NCBI GenBank assembly: GCA_041671485.1
Contig: JBAZBL010000003.1
Coordinates: 25,412 to 89,411 of the forward strand
Direction: 5' to 3'
Length of the DNA stretch: 64,000 nucleotides
DNA from: Minisyncoccota bacterium
GTDB lineage: Bacteria; Patescibacteriota; Minisyncoccia; Phycocordibacterales; PALSA-1337
Below, one piece after another: positions 57,336-64,000 of the stretch; position 1 is the stretch's first letter, and each line of letters opens with the position of its first letter. The notes below the pieces were generated by a model. That model did not search any database, was not told the DNA's origin, and worked only from the letters and a program-made list of their open reading frames with translations. The position numbers were made by a program, and so were the translations under genes.

Positions 57336-58381
57336 TAGAATTCAGTTACCTTATCACGAATATGTACTTCACTTTCGATACGCATTGCTATTTCTGCCAT
57401 TTCCTTCACCGTCTCTATCGGATATTCACCTATAGCAGTCTCTTCGGATAACATCACTGCATCAGCTCCATCTATGATTGCATTTGCAACATCGGATACT
57501 TCTGCCCTAGTCGGAATAGGATTCTTGACCATAGACTCCATCATTTGTGTTGCAACTATTACCGGCTTATTGGATACATTACATTTATATATTATAGTCT
57601 TCTGTATCAATGGTACTTCTTCGGCTGGAACTTCTATAGACAGATCGCCACGAGCCACCATTATGCCATCTGCTTCTTTTATGATTTCATCAATATCTTT
57701 TAGAGCTTCAGGTGTTTCGATCTTGGCAATGATTCTTGAAGTCAAACCTTTGTCTTTCAATATCTGTTTCAAATGAATTATATCTCCAGCATTGCGTACA
57801 AATGAAAGAGCAACTAGATCAACTTTATTCTTTACACCAAATTCAATGTCTCTCATATCTTTCTCTGTAATAGAGTCTAGTGATAGACCTGCGCCAGGAA
57901 TATTCATGCCAACATTATTCTGGACTTTTCCTCCTATTATTACTTTTGTAATTATTTCATTGCCATTTATTTCCATGACTTCCAATTTCCTTGTACCATC
58001 TTGCAATAAAACAATATTTCCAACTTTGATTTCTTTTGGTAGTCCAGAATGATTGATACTAACGACCTCATTTCCTCCTTCAATATCATCAGTAGTCAAG
58101 GTAAAAGTCTGATCTTGTTTCAATTCTACCATTCCACCTTTGAAAGTCCCTACTCTTATCTTTGGACCACAGAGATCTTGCATTATTTTGATTGATTTGC
58201 CGATCTTCTTCTCTACCTCTTTTACGGTATCAAATCTTCTCTCATGAACTTCAAATTTATCGTGCGAGAAGTTGAATCGCGCTATATCCATACCAGCTTG
58301 TATGAGTTTTTCGATCTTATCAGCACTTTCAGTTGCTGGACCAATAGTACATACAATCTTTGTCTTTTTGGCTATATTCAT
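57335..58381 (-). CDS. pyk: Pyruvate kinase (short form lacking the C-terminal regulatory domain)
   Basis: [10 protein letters not shown]..., [16 protein letters not shown] and the [12 protein letters not shown] motifs. Confidence 0.8.
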   Translation of the reverse strand: MNIAKKTKIVCTIGPATESADKIEKLIQAGMDIARFNFSHDKFEVHERRFDTVKEVEKKIGKSIKIMQDLCGPKIRVGTFKGGMVELKQDQTFTLTTDDIEGGNEVVSINHSGLPKEIKVGNIVLLQDGTRKLEVMEINGNEIITKVIIGGKVQNNVGMNIPGAGLSLDSITEKDMRDIEFGVKNKVDLVALSFVRNAGDIIHLKQILKDKGLTSRIIAKIETPEALKDIDEIIKEADGIMVARGDLSIEVPAEEVPLIQKTIIYKCNVSNKPVIVATQMMESMVKNPIPTRAEVSDVANAIIDGADAVMLSEETAIGEYPIETVKEMAEIAMRIESEVHIRDKVTEF

Positions 58382-59385
58382 TGTTGGATTATGATTTGCT
58401 TTACTGGTACTTGTCTCAATAGTTCATTCTTCGAATATATTTCTGGATCAATCATTCTATCAAAACAAGTATTTCCAGATCTATGATTCCAAGAATCATT
58501 GTTGTATTTTAGGTCGGGTGCATTGACATATACTGATGTTGGACCACGGTTCTTCATATCTTCCGATGGTAGTGCAAATATTGCACAAAGTTCAAATGTA
58601 GTATCGCCTTTTTTATTATAAACATAATCAGTATCATCCTTGGGATCTTGTGGGATCAACCATCCAGATATAGGATCATTTGTATCATCCAATACGTTTG
58701 GTAATTTACTCTTATTCTGCCAATAATTGATAATTTGCCATTGAATATTCGTCAAATCATTTACCCTCTGATTGTCAAAACGAAGATTTCTTTGTTTGGA
58801 TGGAGAACCAACTGCTACAAAACCTCCGATAATTCCTGCAATAACTATTATGATACCTATACCTGCAAGTATTTTGCGCAGACTTCTTCGTGTCTCAATA
58901 GATCTTTCAAAGAGATAATAAGCAAATATGATTATAGAAACAATGAGTACAGCCAATATTTTGTATACAAACCGACTAGTTATTTCTCCGTTCAAATATG
59001 TATTTATGAGTGCAATGAGATCAACAATGATAGCTACACCTGCCGAGAAAAGTGTGAGATATATTCTCCAACGACGTATCCATATCTCTCTTTTTTCTGG
59101 TGTTATAGATATATCACGATTCGTTAGCCATTCTAGGATATATAGGATTGGTACAAGGACAATAAGCATAGAGACTGGCCATACGATACTATTGCCATAG
59201 AAATATCCTGCAAGTCTATCAGGAAGAAAATAATTTATCACACTGAAAAGCAAGTTGAGTAAAGCAATCGCTGAAGCATATAGGGCTATAGTTGCACCCA
59301 AATGCAAGAAGAAGTCCTTTGGTGTCATCTTAGGAGATACTGTATCCATAGAAGTAGTGTTTGTCGGTAAATTATTTGGTGGCAT
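58378..59385 (-). CDS. Polytopic membrane protein of unknown function
   Basis: Six or seven TM helices in the N-terminal two-thirds and a hydrophilic C-terminal domain. Confidence 0.45.
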   Translation of the reverse strand: MPPNNLPTNTTSMDTVSPKMTPKDFFLHLGATIALYASAIALLNLLFSVINYFLPDRLAGYFYGNSIVWPVSMLIVLVPILYILEWLTNRDISITPEKREIWIRRWRIYLTLFSAGVAIIVDLIALINTYLNGEITSRFVYKILAVLIVSIIIFAYYLFERSIETRRSLRKILAGIGIIIVIAGIIGGFVAVGSPSKQRNLRFDNQRVNDLTNIQWQIINYWQNKSKLPNVLDDTNDPISGWLIPQDPKDDTDYVYNKKGDTTFELCAIFALPSEDMKNRGPTSVYVNAPDLKYNNDSWNHRSGNTCFDRMIDPEIYSKNELLRQVPVKQIIIQQ

Positions 59386-59456
59386 AAATATAATGATTAA
59401 TTACTAAAAACTTATGTTGATTATAACATATTGGTGTATTTAGAATTTTTGAAAGA

Positions 59457-60269
59457 TTAACTATCAGAATAAGAAGTTAAATATAAATGAACTATTTTTG
59501 ATAAATATCTTTGATCAATTTTAAAGAATTTCGTAATTCTTCTAACATTATCTAAAGCAAACTTTGATGCCATTCTTTCTTCTTCTAATATATTTGCAGT
59601 ATCACTAACTTTTCTAGTTTTTTGTTCTTTCTTACGACTTTCTTTTAATTCTTCTTTTCTTTCTATATCTAATTTAGCCATATATTTTAAATGTCCAATT
59701 TCATGAAATAAATTAAATATTGCTAGGATATTATCTATTGGTAATCCTGAATATATAATACCAGAATCTGGATTAGTTCTAGATAATAACATTCTTTTGA
59801 ACCTATCTTTTGATGAAATGCCACTATTAATCAATGGAGAAATTATAAAATATTCTTGATCTTCGCTTGGTTTTAAATCTAATTCTTCATTACCTATCTT
59901 GATTTTTAAATTAGAAATATGAAATGTTCGTTCTTTTATACCATCTTGTTTAAAACTTTGTTCTAGATTAAAAAATGCTAAAGTTTGATTTGTCGATAAA
60001 GAATATATATCTAGTTTTTCACAGAAAAAAGAAATTTGTAAAGTATCTTTTTCATTACCAAAACTAAATTGATTAAAACCTTCCTTTATTCCGTAAATTG
60101 GAGTAGAAAGGTCCTCTATGGCAACTAAAATTGTTTTATCTTCAAAAGATTGTTCTATAATATTTCTTGATTGTCTAGTTTTTCTATCTATATAATCAGA
60201 ATCAATTTCTTCCTGTGTTTCTGGTTTGACAAGATCATCTGGTACTTTAAATAGTTTAAAAAATTCCAT
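59457..60269 (-). CDS. Hypothetical protein with an HExxH motif (possible zinc metallopeptidase)
   Basis: FHEIGHLKYM. The gene is distinctly more AT-rich than its neighbours. Confidence 0.4.
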   Translation of the reverse strand: MEFFKLFKVPDDLVKPETQEEIDSDYIDRKTRQSRNIIEQSFEDKTILVAIEDLSTPIYGIKEGFNQFSFGNEKDTLQISFFCEKLDIYSLSTNQTLAFFNLEQSFKQDGIKERTFHISNLKIKIGNEELDLKPSEDQEYFIISPLINSGISSKDRFKRMLLSRTNPDSGIIYSGLPIDNILAIFNLFHEIGHLKYMAKLDIERKEELKESRKKEQKTRKVSDTANILEEERMASKFALDNVRRITKFFKIDQRYLSKIVHLYLTSYSDS

Positions 60270-60407
60270 ACAAATATATTAACACGATTGCGGAGACAAT
60301 GGGATGAAGTTGGAACTTATTTGGCCTGTAATATAACCGAAATCTAAATCTTTAATTTTGCTGGCACAAAAAGCCATGTAGGTATATTATTATGTCTAAT
60401 AAATATT

Positions 60408-60667
60408 ATGAAAAAAGATTTTGACTCATGGAATACCCGTAAAAAAGAAATTAATGAAAAAGGTTCAAATTTCTACCGAATGAGAGACATCAGATGGTGT
60501 TCGCTTGGTATTAATGTTGGCTTCGAACAAGATGGCACAAGTGAAGCATATCGTAGACCAGTACTCATTTTAGATTGATTGACACAAAACGGCTACATGA
60601 TCGTCTTGCCATTCTTGACCAAGAGAAGTTTGAGGAAATAAGAAAAGCCATCAGAAACTTAATCTAA
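60408..60667 (+). pseudogene. Degraded MazF/PemK-family toxin gene (internal stop and frame jump)
   Basis: MKKDFDSWNTRKKEINEKGSNFYRMRDIRWCSLGINVGFEQDGTSEAYRRPVLILD-stop-LTQNGYMIVLPFLT... then a frameshift to QEKFEEIRKAIRNLI. The segments match the order of MazF-like motifs but are interrupted. Confidence 0.5.
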
Positions 60668-60840
60668 TGGCTTTCCCTTGTTCTCTCCGACTTTCATCGG
60701 AGGACGGCCCGAAGGCATTTGTACCAATATACTATCAAATCAAAGCTGAAAGTCAAGCAAAATCGGTTCTTTAAATAATTGGTTCCAAACCACCAAACTA
60801 TTACCGAAAATAACATTGATAAATAAGGCTAAAATATTTG

Positions 60841-60927
60841 CGGAGACGATGGGATTCGAACCCATGAAGCCGGTTAAGGCTTACCTCGTTAGCAGTGAGG
60901 CGCTTTCGACCGCTCAGCCACGTCTCC
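60841..60927 (-). tRNA. tRNA-Ser (anticodon GCU), class II with long variable arm; CCA not encoded
   Basis: Hand-folded: acceptor GGAGACG/CGTCTCC, anticodon loop CUGCUAA, variable arm AAGCC-TTAACC-GGCTT, T-arm ATGGG-TTCGAAT-CCCAT. Confidence 0.75.
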
Positions 60928-60984
60928 TTTCATGTCGATCGAATCTTATTCTTGCACAAAATCTGTATTTTTCAAAGCGAGTAA

Positions 60985-61005
60985 TACGGAGGTCTGACCT
61001 CCGTA
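60985..61005. repeat. 21-bp perfect palindrome tacggaggtc-t-gacctccgta; second copy at 34155-34175 inside the ATP-grasp gene
   Basis: Identical palindrome arms at both sites (centre base a versus t, i.e. reverse-complement orientation). Confidence 0.4.
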
Positions 61006-61068
61006 TGAGAATCAATATGAGAACAGGTCTATTTGCGTGTAAATCATTTAAAGCCTAAAATAAAATCC

Positions 61069-63255
61069 ATGAACATCTCCCTCTCCGATGCCGTGGTAGA
61101 ACACTTCCGCCTTACTCCCATACAAAAGCTGGCCCTAAAGAAGCTTGGCATAACAAGTATCCGTGATCTCTTGTATCATTTCCCTTCTCGATACGGCGAC
61201 ACAGCAGAGACTTGTAATATTGATTCACTAGACAAGGGTGATACTGCTGTTGTATATGGCAAGATCACAGGGCTCAAAACTAGCAAGGGCTTCAAATCCA
61301 AAATCCCGATGGCAGACGGTTACGTACAGGATGAAACAGGTAAGATACATTGCGTATGGTTCAATCAGCCATATCTAGCAAAAACAATACAAGAAGGTTC
61401 TATGGTTAGGATTGAAGGCAGAGTCAGTCAGAGACAAAAGACCAATGAACTCTATTTCTCAAATCCGAAAGTAGAAATGGTTACAAAGTTGCCAATAGGA
61501 GTTGGCGATTCCCTATTTAGTGGATCTACAGATGACAGCGAATCACATACACTGTATCCAGTATATCCAGAGTCTCGTGGCATCACTTCGATCTGGATAT
61601 ATCACAATATACAAAAGATATTTAGGAGTGGTTTATTGGATACGATATCAGAATGCATTCCAGAAGATATACTAGAAAAATACCATTTACCTCAAGTAAA
61701 AACTGCACTTATATGGATACATACCCCGATGAAGCGTGACGATGCTCTATCTGCACGCAAACGATTTTCTTTCGAAGAAATATTCTTGATACAGATAGGA
61801 AAATATCAAGAAAGAAAGAAATATGAAAGTCTTCCATCATTTACTATTGAAGAAAATCCAAGAAGTGTACAAGAATTTATCCGCCGCTTCCCATTCCATG
61901 CAACAGAAGCACAAGAGAAGAGTATAGATACTATCCTAAATGATATGAAAAGGGGCATTGCTATGTCACGACTCTTAGAAGGAGATGTTGGCTCCGGCAA
62001 AACCGCCGTGGCAGCAACATCTGCTTATTCAGTCATTACATCCAGAGATGAAACAGGCAAAAACAATTATTTCCAAGTAGCATATATGTGCCCAACAGAA
62101 ATATTGGCAATGCAACATTTCGAATCATTCATACAATATTTCTCATATCTAGGTGTACAAGTAGGACTTTTGACATCCTCTGGTTGTCGCAAATTCCCAT
62201 CGAAAGTCAATCCAAAGGGCTGGACAGATATTTCACGATCCCAACTTTTGAAATGGGTGGAGGGAGGTGAAATACCAATAGTCATAGGCACACACTCTCT
62301 CATACAAAAGTCTGTTCAATTCAAGAAACTTGCTTTTGTTATTATAGATGAACAACATCGTTTTGGTACATCACAGAGAGCACAATTGGTTAGGAAAAAT
62401 GGACATAGTTCTGTTGCACCACACCTTCTGTCTATGACAGCTACACCTATTCCACGCACATTAGCACTCACCATGTATGGCGACCTCGATCTCACTCTAC
62501 TCGATCAATCTCCATCTGGTCGCAAGCCGATAATAACAGAGATTGTCTTGCCAAATCATCGTGATCAAGTATATGAAAAAGTTCGTCAAGAATTGAAGAC
62601 TGGGCGACAAGTATATGTTATTTGTCCTAGGATAGATGAGCCAGATCCAGACAAAGAATTGGCATTGAATGCAAGATCAGTCAAAGCCGAAGCAAAAAGG
62701 TTGAAAGATGATGTATTCCAAGAATATGAAATAGGTATTTTGCATAGTAGGATGAAACCAAAAGAAAAAGATATGGTAATGAATCAATTCAAAAATGGAG
62801 ATATAAATATACTCTGTGCTACTTCGGTCGTAGAAGTGGGTGTCAATGTACCAAATGCAACAGTGATAATCATAGAAGGCGCAGAAAGATTTGGTCTAGC
62901 ACAACTCCATCAATTGCGTGGACGAGTCATGAGAAGTACCTATCAACCATATTGCTATGCATTCACAGAATCAAATGGAGCAAAATCAATAGAGCGTCTC
63001 AAGGCTCTCCAAAACGCAAAGAATGGCTTTGAATTAGCAGAACTCGATCTAGTCCAGCGTGGTACTGGTGGTTTGTCTGGCAATAAACAATGGGGTGTAT
63101 CTGATGTCGCTATGGAAGCCCTGAAGAATCTGAAAATGGTCGAAGCCGCGCGCAATGAAGCACAAAGATTGGTAGACCTAGACTCTACTCTCACTAACTA
63201 CCCTGTCTTGAAACAAGAAGTAGATAATAAGAAAAAGAATTTGCATTTTGAATAA
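61069..63255 (+). CDS. recG: ATP-dependent DNA helicase RecG
   Basis: Wedge/OB N-terminal domain, Walker A GDVGSGKT, DEQHRFG, TATPIPRTLAL and the C-terminal helicase motifs (HGRMK-like ILHSRMKPKEK). Confidence 0.85.
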   Translation: MNISLSDAVVEHFRLTPIQKLALKKLGITSIRDLLYHFPSRYGDTAETCNIDSLDKGDTAVVYGKITGLKTSKGFKSKIPMADGYVQDETGKIHCVWFNQPYLAKTIQEGSMVRIEGRVSQRQKTNELYFSNPKVEMVTKLPIGVGDSLFSGSTDDSESHTLYPVYPESRGITSIWIYHNIQKIFRSGLLDTISECIPEDILEKYHLPQVKTALIWIHTPMKRDDALSARKRFSFEEIFLIQIGKYQERKKYESLPSFTIEENPRSVQEFIRRFPFHATEAQEKSIDTILNDMKRGIAMSRLLEGDVGSGKTAVAATSAYSVITSRDETGKNNYFQVAYMCPTEILAMQHFESFIQYFSYLGVQVGLLTSSGCRKFPSKVNPKGWTDISRSQLLKWVEGGEIPIVIGTHSLIQKSVQFKKLAFVIIDEQHRFGTSQRAQLVRKNGHSSVAPHLLSMTATPIPRTLALTMYGDLDLTLLDQSPSGRKPIITEIVLPNHRDQVYEKVRQELKTGRQVYVICPRIDEPDPDKELALNARSVKAEAKRLKDDVFQEYEIGILHSRMKPKEKDMVMNQFKNGDINILCATSVVEVGVNVPNATVIIIEGAERFGLAQLHQLRGRVMRSTYQPYCYAFTESNGAKSIERLKALQNAKNGFELAELDLVQRGTGGLSGNKQWGVSDVAMEALKNLKMVEAARNEAQRLVDLDSTLTNYPVLKQEVDNKKKNLHFE

Positions 63256-63370
63256 TATCTCATTTACAACATAATCATACAAAACAAACAATCACCAAAT
63301 CCAAATTCATCCGAACATCAAAGCACAATGTTTCAAAGCGCAAGAATATCAATGATTCAAGGTGCAATAA

Positions 63371-64000
63371 TCAAATCTCGAGGAGCACAACACGACAGCT
63401 CGAGTCCCACTCATCGTCGAGCCAACCCGCACCGCGGAGCCACCCAGCCCCATTCCACCCCGCATAAGGCAAATACCAGCTGCCATCCGAGAGGCGAACA
63501 AGAGAGCCGAAGTTGAAGTACCAGTTTCCGTCTTTTAGTTGATCTGGGACTTTGTCAGGGTTTTCTAACATGAATTTCCAGTATTCTATGCCTGGTATTT
63601 TGTATTTGTCGGAGTATTTCTCAATCAAACGGTTGGCAACATCCTGAACTGTACTACAATCTTCAAATTCCTTGGGATCTGGTATGAATATCTTGTCCTT
63701 GAGTGCTTCCCAGTCTAGGCCTTGTGTGTCAGGATTTAGGGTGAATTGACCAAATTTGTCTGGATCTATGTCTGCTTTTCTTTCTGAATAGTCTTCGTCC
63801 TTTGGATTCTTGATTTCTACAGATATTTGAGTGTCTTTGATCTTTTCTTCGTCTACACCCCATATCTTCCATGTTTCCTTGAGGAAAGAGGTAAAAGAGC
63901 CATATATGTGTTCTGCTTGTTCTACTGTGACTTCTTGATTGCCAAGCTTGATCTTTGTACCTTTTAGGGACTCTCTTAGTTTGGTGATGCTTTCAGTTGT
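63371..64000 (-). CDS. Hypothetical acidic protein, partial (N-terminus beyond the window end) with a GC-rich Trp/Gly-rich C-terminus resembling a DGR VR-type segment
   Basis: Open - strand frame from the window edge to the stop at 63371. C-terminus ...SDGSWYLPYAGWNGAGWLRGAGWLDDEWDSSCRVVLLEI. Local GC spike at about 63380-63500. Confidence 0.5.
   Translation of the reverse strand, partial: TTESITKLRESLKGTKIKLGNQEVTVEQAEHIYGSFTSFLKETWKIWGVDEEKIKDTQISVEIKNPKDEDYSERKADIDPDKFGQFTLNPDTQGLDWEALKDKIFIPDPKEFEDCSTVQDVANRLIEKYSDKYKIPGIEYWKFMLENPDKVPDQLKDGNWYFNFGSLVRLSDGSWYLPYAGWNGAGWLRGAGWLDDEWDSSCRVVLLEI

Noticed and set aside
57146-57451. Two small ORFs (57146-57328 on the - strand and 57251-57451 on the + strand)
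   Set aside because: Both lie within the family B repeat and the pyk 3' end; no coding signal.
63371-63510. Possible second VR of the 55413-55534 TR
   Set aside because: Nucleotide alignment shows many mismatches at non-adenine positions; only protein-level motif similarity remains.

Overview
The window is an AT-rich (roughly one-third GC) bacterial chromosomal segment with short intergenic spacers and many 4-nt ATGA start/stop overlaps. The combination of a small-genome gene set, PMT/ArnT-like GT-C enzymes and a DGR fits a Patescibacteria/CPR-like organism, but that is inference only. Coordinates 1-27360 are a large surface-glycan locus: an O-antigen-ligase-like membrane protein, a Wzm/Wzt ABC exporter whose Wzt has a C-terminal extension, about ten glycosyltransferases (GT1, GT2, GT-A-like and two GT-C), four FkbM-family methyltransferase domains, two further class I methyltransferases, a B12-radical SAM enzyme, an RfbB-like dehydratase, a Glf-like flavoenzyme and GtrA. 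The rest is housekeeping: mraY, murC, murD, radC, dnaG, rpoC, rpoB, trmD, rpsP, pyk, recG and a tRNA-Ser(GCU), with a RelB/RelE toxin-antitoxin pair wedged between rpoB and rpoC.

The standout is a complete diversity-generating retroelement (DGR) inserted into the conserved rpsP-KH-trmD ribosomal operon:
- a reverse transcriptase with the DGR-type LGxxxSQ and YADD motifs (53961-54992, - strand);
- a 122-nt template repeat (55413-55534) and a matching variable repeat (55861-55982) at the 3' end of a GC-rich 206-aa target gene; all 17 TR/VR mismatches fall on TR adenines;
- an Avd-like four-helix-bundle ORF on the opposite strand that abuts a C8/G8 homopolymer at the RT ribosome-binding site;
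- a GC hairpin downstream of the VR.
A second gene at the right edge ends in a similar GC-rich Trp/Gly-rich segment that is not a copy of this TR.

Two families of long nested-palindromic intergenic repeats also occur, and their stems covary between copies. Family A is at 25945-26135, 29609-29830 and 35296-35466. Family B is at 39202-39358 and 57180-57335. Four housekeeping or glycan genes (a GT1 gene, rsmI, dnaG and trmD) carry GC-rich, hairpin-forming in-frame insertions reminiscent of Rickettsia palindromic elements. No CRISPR array or rRNA gene was seen.
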